DNA from: Laetmonice hystrix
Lineage: Eukaryota
NCBI GenBank assembly: GCA_965235115.1
Contig: OZ249436.1
Span: forward strand, 932,001-996,000
Reading direction: 5' to 3'
DNA length: 64,000 bases
Shown: in pieces, positions 1 to 13,933 of the stretch
How positions within the stretch are numbered: position 1 is the stretch's first letter
How the letters are laid out: every line of letters starts with the position of its first letter
Notes under the pieces: model-generated
Told to the model about the DNA's origin: nothing
Databases searched by the model: none
What the model saw: only the letters and a program-made list of their open reading frames with translations
Position numbers and translations under genes: made by a program

Positions 1-500
1 CGTCGTATAGCAAGCTTACAGTAAGGTGGTGGGCCCGAGTTGTAAGGTGTTTGTGTGGGCCTACAGTGAGTTGTAAGGTGTTTGTGTGGGCCTACAGTGA
101 GTTGTAAGGTGTTTGTGTGGGCGTCGTATAGCAAGGTTACAGTGAGGTGGTGGGCCCGAGTTGTAAGGTGTTTGTGTGGGCCTACAGTGAGTTGTAAGGT
201 GTTTGTGTGGGCCTACAGTGAGTTGTAAGGTGTTTGTGTGGGCCTACAGTGAGTTGTAAGGTCTTTGTGTGGGCGTCGTATAGCAAGGTTACAGTGAGGT
301 GGTGGGCCCGAGTTGTAAGGTGTTTGTGTGGGCCTACAGTGAGTTGTAAGGTGTTTGTGTGGGCCTAGTACAGTGAGGTGGTGGGCCCGAGTTGTAAGGT
401 GTTTGTGTGGGCGTCGTATAGCAAGGTTACAGTGAGGTGGTGGGCCCGAGTTGTAAGGTGTTTGTGTGGGCCTACAGTGAGTTGTGTGGGCGTCGTACAG
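1..500. repeat. Minisatellite, 31-bp unit GTGAGTTGTAAGGTGTTTGTGTGGGCCTACA mixed with a longer variant; runs off the window start
   Basis: Tandem periodicity read directly. Confidence 0.95.
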
Positions 501-630
501 CAATCAGTGGAAGGATGAAGGACATCCCTGATTGACGTTAAGGTCCCGTTGTAAGGCGTCCCTCAACGGCCGCGGCACACGTCACAATCACCAACCGCGA
601 CTGGCGGAATGAAACGGGTAATGCTTCTGA

Positions 631-667
631 TGGCCGCTAGGGGGCGGGATGCTTGCCCCCTAGTGGA
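631..667. promoter_or_regulatory. Convergent pair of CTCF-like motifs
   Basis: TGGCCGCTAGGGGGCG (631-646, +) and TGCCCCCTAGTGGA (654-667, reverse match) fit the CCRCYAGRKGGCR consensus; binding not shown. Confidence 0.45.
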
Positions 668-1072
668 GGTCATAGAAAGCCCACAATCGCTCACACAATG
701 TGCCATGGTCCACGCTAAGTTAATCGGAGATGACAACGAGCGCACAAATATATAATTTTATATCTAATATTATAATATTATGGTTTATTGCGTAGCCAAG
801 TTAGACCCTGTAGGTTACTTAGTATCTGTACGTTGTTTCGTATTCATGGAACTCTATGGAAGAACATTTTGTGAAGTTAATCCCAAGAATGGCTTAACTT
901 ACTATCTAGCCTTGATTTACGGTTGGGTACGTGTTATAGTGCAAGCTGCACAAACAGGGTGATCGGCCATTGTTGTAGTTTAACTGAATTCTATTCTTAA
1001 GGGCCAGTCTCCAAAAATGAGACAATGCTAGATAATTCTCACTTCTTAGCAACTGGGAATAGGCGTAAATCT

Positions 1073-1528
1073 ATGGATTGTGTTAATCTCTATACTAATT
1101 ACCTTAATCCATGGATTGTGTTAATCTCTATACTAATTACCTTAATCCATAGATTGTGTTAATCTCTATACTAATTACCTTAATCCATAGATTGTGTTAA
1201 TCTCTATACTAATTACATTAACCCATGGATTGTGTTAATCTCTATATTAATTACCTTAATCCATGGATTCTGTTAATCTCTATATTAATTACCTTAATCC
1301 ATAGATTGTGTTAATCTCTATACTAATTACCTTAATCCATGGATTGTGTTAATCTCCATATTAATTACCTTAATCCATAGATTGTGTTAATCTCTATACT
1401 AATTACATTAATCCATGGATTGTGTTAGTCTCTATACTAATTACCTTAATCCATGGATTGTGTTAGTCTCTATACTAATTACCTTAATCCATGGATTGTG
1501 TTAATCTCTATACTAATTACCTTAATCC
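1073..1528. repeat. AT-rich minisatellite, 38-bp unit, about 12 copies
   Basis: GGATTGTGTTAATCTCTATACTAATTACCTTAATCCAT repeated. Confidence 0.95.
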
Positions 1529-2267
1529 CTACCTACCTGTCGTATTCTCGAAGTGGCCGAGAATTGTCTCGAGAATTGTCGGGAGAAAAGTCCGAAAAGG
1601 TAACCGATAAGAGAACAGACCTATCAAAACACGCCATGTATCTGTCACATTTTGTATAGGACATGCTGAGCTCTTTGAAATTTGAAATTTTATGCGCTAG
1701 GGAATAGGACAGGAAAGTGGGGGATTCAACCGACACCCGAGTTATTTTGAAGCGCCAAACAAGTTTCTTCTCTCGTGTTTTTGCTTCCGTGCTTGCTAAT
1801 GGCCGATTACCGTCTTTGTGCAGCTTAAACTATGTCATGAATCGATCGGCCTATAACCTACAGCAAATGTCGGTATTTGGGAGGAACATTTGGAAACCTG
1901 CGCACGTATTAGAAAGTGAAACCTTCTAGTCGATAGTAGAAGGAGACTCCAGACATTCGGAACCTGCGCACGTATTAGAAAGTGAAACCTTCTAGTCGAT
2001 AGTAGAAGGAGACTCCAGACATTCGGAACCTGTGCACGTATTGAAAGTGAAACCTTCTATAACAAGAGTAGAAGTATAGCCAGACATGCAGGCCTATACA
2101 TGGTAAGGTCTAAAACAGATCTCGCCCTCCCGTAGTACGAAGGCCTAGAGGGTACATGCCATTTAGATTTGATAAAACCGACTGCCTACCTTCGCAATAG
2201 GTATTGCGTACATACACAATAATGTATTATGTACATATATTATGTAGTAATGTGTGCATCTGGCCAA

Positions 2268-2616
2268 TATAGGCCTACATATAGCCCCTATAGGCTTACA
2301 TACAGCCCCTATAGGCCTACATACAGCCCCTATAGGCTTACATACAGCCCCTATAGGCTTACATACAGCCCCAATAGGCCTACATACAGCCCCTATAGGC
2401 TTACATACAGCCCCTATAGGCTTACATACAGCCCCTATAGGCCTACATACAGCCCCTATAGCCCTACATACAGCCCATATAGGCTTACATACAGCCCCTA
2501 TAGGCCTACATACAGCCCCTATAGGCTTACATACAGCCCCTATAGGCCTACATACAGCCCCTATAGCCCTACATACAGCCCATATAGGCTTACATACAGC
2601 CCCTATAGGCCTACAT
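2268..2616. repeat. 21-bp minisatellite; second patch at about 2908-3018
   Basis: TATAGGCYTACATACAGCCCC repeated. Confidence 0.95.
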
Positions 2617-3016
2617 AAGCCGAAGTAGGTCACGAGATGTTGCGTTACAACGCGATAAAAGTCGGTTTTGGTGACACTTCATTATCGCTCACGCTTGTTT
2701 AGCATTGTGCCAGCCATAGGGAACGGCGACTGCCAACTTCAACTTGTGATTTCTCTGTAATTATGGTGTCCTTTGTAATGAAACGATGTCTCTTCTCCTA
2801 TGTTAAACCAATGGGAAATTTGTGACGTAACATTCGGGTGTCAACATTGACGATCCATTTGTACCTCCTATCTAGAAAATCCATAACCGTGCCGCGAGAT
2901 TTCGGCGCCCTATAGGCCTACATAAGCCCCTATAGGCCTACGTACAGCCCCTATAGGCCTACATACAGCCCCTATAGGCCTACATAAGCCCCTATAGGCC
3001 TACATACAGCCCCTAT

Positions 3017-3290
3017 AGGAATCGGTTGCCTACACTCCAGGGGATCATGCAGGAATCGGTTGCCTACACTCCAGGGGATCATGCAGGAATCGGTTACACT
3101 CCAGGGGATCATGCAGGAATCGGTTGCCTACACTCCAGGGGATCATGCAGGAATCGGTTGCCTACACTCCAGGGGATCATGCAGGAATCGGTTGCCTACA
3201 CTCCAGGGGATCATGCAGGAATCGGTTACACTCCAGAGGATCATGCAGGAATCGGTTGCCTACACTCCAGGGGATCATGCAGGAATCAGT
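3017..3290. repeat. 34/30-bp minisatellite
   Basis: GGAATCGGTTGCCTACACTCCAGGGGATCATGCA repeated. Confidence 0.95.
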
Positions 3291-4045
3291 TTCACACCCA
3301 GGAAAAAATCCGCATTGCTCAGAATATCTATATTCTGGAAATCGCAAGATGGACCAGGAAAGGACGTTTTTCGACAGGCCCATGCACAGAGGGACGTGTT
3401 GGTAAACCATTTGATTATTTTGGGCGATGATGGCAGCACAAGAGGTGGGCTTGGCGTGTTGGGGCATGTCCCCACCGAAACCGTTTAGCTGCACGTCGAT
3501 TATAATGTGACTCGAATCATGCATTGCTGATCAGTGGTGGTGGGCACGGTCACGGCCCTGTGTCTCCACCTACCGGCTGTCCTGGGTACTGAGGGGTGGG
3601 GGCGGGGGGGGGGCTGTCCATTTTAGTTTTTTAAATTTCATAACGGTGAGCTGATAGATTTTACTTTTTCATAGCAGGATAGAAAACCCACCTTCTTTTG
3701 AAAATTAAATATTTCTTTCCACCATGTTTTTATGTCATCCAATTTCCCCGCAAACATAGGCCTACGTGTATTTATTTAAATACTCGAGGTTCCCCACTGG
3801 TATTGTAATGGACCCCCCCCCCCCCATCCCGATCGGCGGTTGTGTTTCTCCGCCTCCCCATTTTGGTACGTGATCCTGACGTCAGATGGCGTGGTGGAGC
3901 GGTGGAGTCGCGGCGGGTTGGGTGGATGCGGGTAGAACCGCCAGTGGGAGGGCGTGCGGTATAATGACACCATAGGACTGACAGAGGGACGACATGTAGT
4001 ACAACTCGCTTTGACATGGCTCGCGTGACAGCCCATTCACCACTT

Positions 4046-5060
4046 GACTTGGAGACAGGCTGAGTGTAGACTTGGAGACAGGCGGAGTGTAGACTTGGAG
4101 ACAGACTGAGTATAGACTTGGAGACAGACCGAGTGTAGACTTGGAGACAGACTGAGTGTAGACTTGGAGACAGGCTGAGTGTAGACTTGGAGACAGGCTC
4201 AGTGTAGACTTGGAGACAGACTGAGTATAGACTTGAAGACAGGCTGAGTGTAGACTTGGAGACAGACTGAGTATAGACTTGGAGACTGACTGAGGTGGAC
4301 TTGGAGACAGACTGAGTATAGACTTGGAGACAGACTGAGTATAGACTTGGAGACAGACTGAGTGTAGACTTGGGGACAGACCGAGTGTAGACTTGGAGAC
4401 AGGCTCAGTATAGACTTGGAGACAGACTGAGTATAGACTTGGAGACAGACTGAGTGTAGACTTGGGGACAGACCGAGTGTAGACTTGGAGACAGGCTCAG
4501 TATAGACTTGGAGACAGACTGAGTATAGACTTGGAGACAGACTGAGTGTAGACTTGGGGACAGACCGAGTGTAGACTTGGAGACAGGCTCAGTGTAGACT
4601 TGGAGACAGACTGAGTATAGACTTGGAGACAGACTGAGTGTAGACTTGGAGACAGACCGAGTGTAGACTTGGAGACAGACTGAGTGTAGACTTGGGGACA
4701 GGCTGAGTGTAGACTTGGAGACAGACTGAGTGTAGACTTGGAGACAGACTGAGTGTAGACTTGGGGACAGACTGAGTGTAGACTTGGAGACAGGCTGAGT
4801 GTAGACTTGGAGACAGGAGTATAGACTTGGAGACAGACTGAGTATAGACTTGGAGACAGACAGAGTGTAGACTTGGAGACAGACCGAGTGTAGACTTGGA
4901 GACAGGCTGAGTGTAGACTTGGAGACAGACTGAGTATAGACTTGGAGACAGGCTGAGTGTAGACTTGGAGACAGGCTGAGTGTAGACTTGGAGACAGACT
5001 GAGTGTAGACTTGGAGACAGACTGAGTATAGACTTGGAGACAGGAGTGTAGACTTGGAGT
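4046..5060. repeat. 23-bp minisatellite, about 44 copies
   Basis: GAGTRTAGACTTGGAGACAGRCT repeated. Confidence 0.95.
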
Positions 5061-5583
5061 TACTGCGGACCGGCAGAATTCGGACACGGAGAACATGTTG
5101 GCTCAGCTGTCAACTGTCGACCCATCCACGATCCTCCCCAAATGATACTGGGTAGGACTCTTTTTCATTTATATTTCAATATGTTGATGATATCTGGTCT
5201 TTGGGTTTGGTCGTTTTCCACTGTATTCCTCATAATATTTTATATCTTCTACGACATCCATATAAACCCACAGGATTTCTTCCCATTAGATTACGAGAAT
5301 CGGGGAGCCTGATGTAGAACTAGATACCTTTCTTTAACATTCATGTAAAACTTCACAAAACTTCATAGTGAATTATGGTAATCATGTTGAAAGCGGCGTA
5401 TATTTTTTGAAGTTTGAACCTCCATCAATACGAGACTAATAATATCGTGTGATTAGTAAACATAAGCAAGTGACCGCATGTGTACATCCTACACATTGTA
5501 TGACGTAACATATAGACAACGTGACCGCGGGCTACATGGTGTCATACGTATATTGTGACCACCAGATTATTGTTGGGTGATCA

Positions 5584-6718
5584 GATCATACATCGAATAC
5601 TTGTACAACCAGGCACCCACTCAGGGTGATCAGAGTGGATGCCGCCAAGCCTAGCCCACATACTGATCATACACCAAATACTTGTACAACCAGGCACCCA
5701 CTCAGGGTGATCAGTCAGAGTGGATGCCGCCAAGCCTAGCCCACATACTGATCATACATCGAATACTTGTACAACCAGGCACCCACTCAGGGTGGTCAGT
5801 CAGAGTGGATGCCGCCAAGCCTAGCCCACATACTGATCATACATCGAATACTTGTACAACCAGGCACCCACTCAGGGTGATCAGAGTGGATGCCGCCAAG
5901 CCTAGCCCACATACTGATCATACATCGAATACTTGTACAACCAGGCACCCACTCAGGGTGGTCAGTCAGAGTGGATGCCGCCAAGCCTAGCCCACATACT
6001 GATCATACATCGAATACTTGTACAACCAGGCACCCACTCAGGGTGATCAGAGTGGATGCCGCCAAGCCTAGCCCACATACTGATCATACATCGAATACTT
6101 GTACAACCAGGCACCCACTCAGGGTGATCAGAGTGGATGCCGCCAAGCCTAGCCCACATACTGATCATACATCGAATACTTGTACAACCAGGCACCCACT
6201 CAGGGTGATCAGTCAGAGTGGATGCCGCCAAGCCTAGCCCACATACTGATCATACATCGAATACTTGTACAACCAGGCACCCACTCAGGGTGGTCAGTCA
6301 GAGTGGATGCCGCCAAGCCTAGCCCACATACTGATCATACATCGAATACTTGTACAACCAGGCACCCACTCAGGGTGATCAGAGTGGATGCCGCCAAGCC
6401 TAGCCCACATACTGATCATACATCGAATACTTGTACAACCAGGCACCCACTCAGGGTGGTCAGTCAGAGTGGATGCCGCCAAGCCTAGCCCACATACTGA
6501 TCATACATCGAATACTTGTACAACCAGGCACCCACTCAGGGTGGTCAGTCAGAGTGGATGCCGCCAAGCCTAGCCCACATACTGATCATACATCGAATAC
6601 TTGTACAACCAGGCACCCACTCAGGGTGATCAGAGTGGATGCCGCCAAGCCTAGCCCACATACTGATCATACATCGAATACTTGTACAACCAGGCACCCA
6701 CTCAGGGTGATCAGTCAG
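5584..6718. repeat. 81/85-bp minisatellite, about 14 copies
   Basis: GATCATACATCGAATACTTGTACAACCAGGCACCCACTCAGGGTG... repeated. Confidence 0.95.
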
Positions 6719-6795
6719 ATGGGGGTGGTCTGATCTAAGATGGGGGTGGTCCGGTAATTTTTTCAGCACTTGTGTATGTGTGAATCATCGAAAGA

Positions 6796-9131
6796 TCTGT
6801 CTCCGTGTATGGTTCCAGTAAATGGTCCGTCTCCGTGGATGGTTCCAGTAAATGGTCCGTCTCCGTGGATGGTTCCAGTAAATGGTCTGTCTCGGTGGAT
6901 GGTTCCAGTAAATGGTCTGTCTCGGTGGATGGTTCCAGTAAATGGTCTGTCTCGGTGGATGGTTCCAGTAAATGGTCTGTCTCCGTGGATGGTTCCAGTA
7001 AATGGTCTGTCTCCGTGGATGGTTCCAGTAAATGGTCTGTCTCCGTGGATGGTTCCAGTAAATGGTCTGTCTCCGTGGATGGTTCCAGTAAATGGTCCGT
7101 CTCCGTGGATGGTTCCAGTAAATGGTCTGTCTCCGTGGATGGTTCCAGTAAATGGTCTGTCTCCGTGGATGGTTCCAGTAAATGGTCTGTCTCCGTGGGT
7201 GGTTCCAGTAAATGGTCCGTCTCCGTGGATGGTTCCAGTAAATGGTCTGTCTCCGTGGATGGTTCCAGTAAATGGTTTGTCTCCGTGGATGGTTCCAGTA
7301 AATGGTTTGTCTCCGTGGATGGTTCCAGTAAATGGTCTGTCTCCGTGGATGGTTCCAGTAAATGGTCTGTCTCCGTGGATGGTTCCAGTAAATGGTCTGT
7401 CTCCGTGGATGGTTCCAGTAAATGGTCTGTCTCCGTGGATGGTTCCAGTAAATGGTTTGTCCCCGTGGATGGTTCCAGTAAATGGTTTGTCTCCGTGGAT
7501 GGTTCCAGTAAATGGTCTGTCTCCGTGGATGGTTCCAGTAAATGGTCTGTCTCGGTGGATGGTTCCAGTAAATGGTCTGTCTCGGTGGATGGTTCCAGTA
7601 AATGGTCTGTCTCGGTGGATGGTTCCAGTAAATGGTCTGTCTCGGTGGATGGTTCCAGTAAATGGTCTGTCTCGGTGGATGGTTCCAGTAAATGGTCTGT
7701 CTCGGTGGATGGTTCCAGTAAATGGTCTGTCTCGGTGGATGGTTCCAGTAAATGGTCTGTCTCGGTGGATGGTTCCAGTAAATGGTCCGTCTCCGTGGAT
7801 GGTTCCAGTAAATGGTCCGTCTCCGTGGATGGTTCCAGTAAATGGTCTGTCTCCGTGGATGGTTCCAGTAAATGGTCTGTCTCCGTGGATGGTTCCAGTA
7901 AATGGTCTGTCTCCGTGGGTGGTTCCAGTAAATGGTCCGTCTCCGTGGATGGTTCCAGTAAATGGTCTGTCTCCGTGGATGGTTCCAGTAAATGGTCTGT
8001 CTCCGTGGATGGTTCCAGTAAATGGTCTGTCTCCGTGGATGGTTCCAGTAAATGGTCTGTCTCGGTGGATGGTTCCAGTAAATGGTCTGTCTCGGTGGAT
8101 GGTTCCAATAAATGGTCTGTCTCCGTGGATGGTTCCAGTAAATGGTCTGTCTCCGTGGATGGTTCCAGTAAATGGTCTGTCTCGGTGGATGGTTCCAGTA
8201 AATGGTCTGTCTCCGTGGATGGTTCCAGTAAATGGTCTGTCTCCGTGTATGGTTCCAGTAAATGGTCTGTCTCCGTGGATGGTTCCAGTAAATGGTCTGT
8301 CTCCGTGGATGGTTCCAGTAAATGGTCTGTCTCCGTGGATGGTTCCAGTAAATGGTCTGTCTCCGTGGATGGTTCCAGTAAATGGTTTGTCTCCGTGGAT
8401 GGTTCCAGTAAATGGTCCGTCTCCGTGGATGGTTCCAGTAAATGGTCTGTCTCCGTGGATGGTTCCAGTAAATGGTCTGTCTCGGTGGATGGTTCCAGTA
8501 AATGGTCCGTCTCCGTGGATGGTTCCAGTAAATGGTCTGTCTCCGTGGATGGTTCCAGTAAATGGTCTGTCTCGGTGGATGGTTCCAGTAAATGGTCTGT
8601 CTCGGTGGATGGTTCCAGTAAATGGTCTGTCTCGGTGGAGATGGTTCCAGTAAATGGTCTGTCTCGGTGGATGGTTCCAGTAAATGGTCTGTCTCGGTGG
8701 ATGGTTCCAGTAAATGGTCTGTCTCGGTGGATGGTTCCAGTAAATGGTCTGTCTCGGTTGATGGTTCCAGTAAATGGTCCGTCTCCGTGGATGGTTCCAG
8801 TAAATGGTCTGTCTCGGTGGATGGTTCCAGTAAATGGTCCGTCTCCGTGAATGGTTCCAGTAAATGGTCTGTCTCCGTGGATGGTTCCAGTAAATGGTCT
8901 GTCTCCGTGGATGGTTCCAGTAAATGGTCTGTCTCCGTGGATGGTTCCAGTAAATGGTCTGTCTCCGTGGATGGTTCCAGTAAATGGTCTGTCTCCGTGG
9001 ATGGTTCCAGTAAATGGTCTGTCTCGGTGGATGGTTCCAGTAAATGGTCTGTCTCCGTGGATGGTTCCAGTAAATGGTCTGTCTCGGTGGATGGTTCCAG
9101 TAAATGGTCTGTCTCCGTGGATGGTTCCAGT
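6796..9131. repeat. 30-bp minisatellite, about 78 copies
   Basis: GGTTCCAGTAAATGGTCTGTCTCSGTGGAT repeated. Confidence 0.97.
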
Positions 9132-9210
9132 GGCTTACTCTGTGATAATTAGGTTTGTACTCAATGACTCAATCATCATGAGAACATATAGAGAACCATG
9201 TACCATCACC

Positions 9211-9835
9211 GGAGGAGGGGGAGGGCAGACACCGGGGGGGCAGACACCGGGGGAGGGGGAGGGTAGACACCGGGGGAGGGGGAGGGCAGACACCGGGGGA
9301 GGGGGAAGGTAGACACCGGGGGAGGGGGAGGGTAAACACGGGGGGAGGGGGAGGGTAGACACCGGGGGGAGGGGGAGGGTAGACACCGGGGGAGGGGAGG
9401 GCAGACACCGGGGGAGGGGGAGGGCAGACACCGGGGGAGGGGGAGGGTAGACACCGGGGGAGGGGGAGGGTAGACACCGGGGGAGGGGGAGGGTAGACAC
9501 GGGGGGAGGGGGAGGGTAGACACCGGGGGGAGGGGGAGGGTAGACACCGGGGGAGGAGGAGGGTAGACACCGGGGGAGGGGGAGGGCAGACACCGGGGGA
9601 GGGGGAGGGTAGACACCGGGGGAGGGGGAGGGCAGACACCGGGGGAGGGGGAGGGTAGACACCGGGGGAGGGGGAGGGTAGACACCGGGGGAGGGGGAGG
9701 GTAGACACCGGGGGAGGGGGAGGGCAGACACCGGGGGAGGGGGAGGGTAGACACCGGGGGAGGGGGAGGGTAGACACCGGGGAGGGGGAGGGTAGACACC
9801 GGGGGGGAGGGTAGACACCGGGGGGGGGGAGGGTA
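9211..9835 (+). repeat. G-rich 23-bp minisatellite with G-quadruplex-forming potential
   Basis: GGGGGAGGGGGAGGGYAGACACC repeated; three G-runs per unit. Confidence 0.9.
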
Positions 9836-10514
9836 CACACTATGCCCCGTCACCCCACTGGACGATGGTCGCCGGTCCACCGTGGGGGGCGGTGGACCGG
9901 TAAGTTAATTAATATAATAAAGCGAGAGAGATTATTAAACGATTATTAAACGAAGGTTGGTAGTAGTATTCATATGATAAAATTGTGTAACTTTAAAGCC
10001 TGACAGATCACGGGGCGAAAGCAATTCAATAATTATATACTTATACTATTATTGTGTTCATCGTGTTGGAGGGAGGTGGTTCGTGTGTTTGTGACACATA
10101 TAATCAAGAAGTACACTGAGGGTATACAAGTAATATATAATGTTTTGCCCTTTTCCCGAAACTCTATCATTTTAGACGGGTAATTTTCTCATTATGCCCG
10201 CCAGGGTGCGCCAGGGTCAGGTTTGTGGAGGGGGTTGTGCCAATGTATACACAAGAATTGGTCCGTTCAACGTTAATTGATGTTGTGCAGGGATGCCAAT
10301 TCTGTCAGCTTATTCCACAGACTTCAAATTATCCGTCCAACTCACGCCAGTCTCTTTTATATTCTCCAACAAATTATGCATTTGTTTAGTTGATTTTTTT
10401 CAGCTTTATATGAAGATGGAATAATGCGATTTGGTTTCCTTTCGTTGTGAATTTCTTTCTTTCCTGGCATGACTTGATACAACTTTAGAAAAAGTTCTTT
10501 CTAACCAACCCTGG

Positions 10515-12066
10515 GGGCGGAGTTTGTGGGTAGACGGTCTGTGTCATTGTGTGGAGTTTGTGGGTAGACGGTCTGTGTCATTGTGCGGAGTTTGTGGGTA
10601 GACGGTCTGTGTCATTGTGCGGAGTTTGTGGGTAGACGGTCTGTATCATTGTGCGGAGTTTGTGGGTAGACGGTCTGTGTCATTGTGCGGAGTTTGTGGG
10701 TAGACGGCCTGTGTCATTGTGCGGAGTTTGTGGGTAGACGGTCTGTGTAATCGGGCGGAGTTTGTGGGTAGACGGTCTATGTCATTGTGTGGAGTTTGTG
10801 GGTAGACGGTCTGTGTCATTGTGCGGAGTTTGTGGGTAGACGGTCTGTGTAATCGGGCGGAGTTTGTGGGTAGACGGTCTATGTCATTGTGTGGAGTTTG
10901 TGGGTAGACGGTCTGTGTCATTGTGCGGAGTTTGTGGGTAGACGGTCTATGTCATTGTGCGGAGTTTGTGCGTAGACGGTCTGTGTCATTGTGCGGAGTT
11001 TGTGGGTAGACGGTCTATGTAATCGGGCGGAGTTTGTGGGTAGACGGTCTGTGTCATTGTGTGGAGTTTGTGGGTAGACGGTCTGTGTCATTGTGCGGAG
11101 TTTGTGGGTAGACGGTCTATGTCATTGTGCGGAGTTTGTGGGTAGACGGTCTGTGTCATTGTGCGGAGTTTGTGGGTAGACGGTCTGTGTAATCGGGCGG
11201 AGTTTGTGGGTAGACGGTCTGTGTCATTATGCGGAGTTTGTGAGTAGACGGTCTATGTCATTATGCGAAGTTTGTGGGTAGACGGCCTGTGTCATTATGC
11301 GGAGTTTGTGGGTAGACGGTCTGTGTAATCGGGCGGAGTTTGTGGGTAGACGGTCTATGTCATTATGCCGAGTTTGTGGGTAGACGGTCTGTGTAATCGG
11401 GCGGAGTTTGTGGGTAGACGGTCTATGTCATTGTGTGGAGTTTGTGGGTAGACGGTCTGTGTCATTGTGCGGAGTTTGTGGGTAGACGGTCTATGTCATT
11501 GTGCGGAGTTTGTGGGTAGACGGTCTGTGTCATTGTGCGGAGTTTGTGGGTAGACGGTCTGTGTAATCGGGCGGAGTTTGTGGGTAGACGGTCTGTGTCA
11601 TTGTGTGGAGTTTGTGGGTAGACGGTCTGTGTCATTGTGCGGAGTTTGTGGGTAGACGGTCTATGTCATTGTGCGGAGTTTGTGGGTAGACGGTCTGTGT
11701 CATTGTGCGGAGTTTGTGGGTAGACGGTCTGTGTAATCGGGCGGAGTTTGTGGGTAGACGGTCTGTGTCATTATGCGGAGTTTGTGAGTAGACGGTCTAT
11801 GTCATTATGCGAAGTTTGTGGGTAGACGGCCTGTGTCATTATGCGGAGTTTGTGGGTAGACGGTCTGTGTAATCGGGCGGAGTTTGTGGGTAGACGGTAT
11901 GTGTCATTGTGCGGAGTTTGTGGGTAGACGGTCTGTGTCATTGTGTGGAGTTTGTGGGTAGAGGGTCTGTGTAATCGGGCGGAGTTTGTGGGTAGACGGT
12001 CTGTGTAATCGGGCGGAGTTTGTGGGTAGACGGTCTGTGTCATTATGCGGAGTTTGTGAGTAGATA
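10515..12066. repeat. 34-bp minisatellite, about 45 copies
   Basis: GCGGAGTTTGTGGGTAGACGGTCTGTGTCATTGT repeated. Confidence 0.95.
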
Positions 12067-12324
12067 GTCTGTATAATGAACTTAGAGAATGTTACAATCG
12101 GTTGACTGTATCCACGGTCCGGTCGGAAACTTAATACATTCAAATCTAAGCTTGTAACGAATGGTTCAGTGATTTCTGCTCTCATTTGAACCCTGGAGGA
12201 ATTAAATATATTACCGACTACACGGCTATACACTCCCTGACCAGGACCACAGTGCGGGGGACTGTGACGTAATGAATTCAAATTTCCTCTTGATATTCCT
12301 TTTATATAAAACCTGCACCCCAGA

Positions 12325-12497
12325 TAAGTGCGTGCGCTGATCTAAGTTCGTGCGCTGATCTAAGTGCGTGCGCTGATCTAAGTGCGTGCGCTGATCTAAG
12401 TGCGTGCGCTGATCTAAGTGCGTGCGCTGATCTAAGTGCGCGCGCTGATCTAAGTGCGTGCGCTGATCTAAGTGCGTGTGCTGATCTAAGTGCGTGC
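12325..12497. repeat. 18-bp minisatellite
   Basis: TAAGTGCGTGCGCTGATC repeated. Confidence 0.95.
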
Positions 12498-13292
12498 AAT
12501 GATATTCTCAGGTCCGATAAACGAATCAAGAACGTTCTAACAAAGGTTTGTTCGGAGGCAGGTATACTTAACCTTTTACCTGTCAGACCCAAGAAGGTGG
12601 CTGGAGAATCAGTCTTACGGAGCCCTTTCCGACATGCCCGGTTATCAAAAATTTAACTTTTTTAATTTATTCTATTTGATTCTAACAATGTCCAATGTAT
12701 GCAATGTCCTTGTTTTCACCAACGGGAAGTGACATTAGTTGGAATCTATGAATGGCGTCCTTGTGTAAAACCCCTGAAGCCATATGTGTGCAAGGTTCTA
12801 TCTAGGGATATTATAATAAGTGTAAGGTAAGATGGGCTGTTACGTCAGGCTCCATTAGGCACCGAGTTATTTCTGACAGATTCTCCTGGCTCTGTGGGAG
12901 AGCTTCAGCCCCACGATAGAATTCGCTGGATTTACCTACATGCGCCTCTGGGGCCTGTTGCATAAACAACAAAGATCAAAATTTGATCTTTTAAAACTTT
13001 TTATGCAACGGCTACTGTCGTTGTTCATGGAAAATTTAATTTTCCATGTTCGTTCGTTGTCACAGATTACATATCACTTACGGCCCAAATAGGAACAAAT
13101 AGGAACATGCACGCCACCTCACTCGTTAGCTTACTACACCAGTAACATAAAGTAGGCCTAGGCCTATCGAAGAGGGGCATCAAGCAGTCATATTTCTTTA
13201 TTTAAACTTACGCTGGCGTGTTTGTCTTTCGATTAACCGCTGGTTCGGCAAGTGTCACGGGGACATTCGCCATATAACTTCTCGAAAGAAAT

Positions 13293-13761
13293 TAGCCTGG
13301 TCCCCGGTGCCTACCATACGCATCCGCTTGATGTTAGGCCCGGTGATGGCTAACAGAAAGCTGTAAAACGGAAGTGGTGATCTCCAAGCACTTCCGCCTC
13401 GGAGCTAAGCACTTCCGCCTCCGGTCCGTTGGTCAGCGTTAACAGAGTGATTGACTTCTGCTTGGAGCGTGGCCGGGCGTGGCCAACAATAGCAACATGC
13501 CCCTGCGTATGCAGACCGTAGCAGGTGTGGGGACTGCTGACGCTATGTTTACATCCAGAAAAGCGAGGACATTTAACACTTGTATTTTAAAGGGATTGAC
13601 GAAAATATTTGTGTCTTGTTGGAGAAATACGGAGGGTACGGAACTATACCTCGTTTGCGTCCATGTTTTCGATCGGCCAATCACAACGCTTGCTTCGATT
13701 GGCCATCACCAGGCTCTATATACGTAGTGTATACGTAGTGTTTAGACCGGGGACCAGGCTA
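13293..13761. mobile_element. Non-autonomous DNA transposon (MITE) with TAG...CTA ends, Academ-like
   Basis: Perfect 16-bp TIRs TAGCCTGGTCCCCGGT (13293) and ACCGGGGACCAGGCTA (13746-13761); both flanks contain AAGAAAT (degenerate TSD). Confidence 0.6.
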
Positions 13762-13892
13762 GAGAAGAAATAGGCCTAGTTCGGCAAGCGGTGCCTGTAG
13801 TCCCCTGCGGCTTACCCAGGCTCCCGTGCAGGATCTGTGAGCGTTCATTTCAGGGCGCGAATGTGAGCGTGCCTTGTCAGAGCAGAGCGAGC

Positions 13893-13933
13893 TAGCCTGG
13901 TCCCCTGCCTACCAGAACCTGAGGATCAGGGTA
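13893..13933. mobile_element. 41-bp mini-element of the same TAGCCTGGTCCC family with a perfect 9-bp TSD
   Basis: AGAGCGAGC|TAGCCTGGTCCCC...GGATCAGGGTA|AGAGCGAGC. Confidence 0.6.

Noticed and set aside
6735..9312. ORFs of 450-680 aa in the 30-bp array
   Set aside because: Open in several frames and on both strands only because the unit lacks stops; no protein features
9135..9880. Proline-rich extensin-like ORFs
   Set aside because: Translation of the C-rich strand of a G-rich minisatellite
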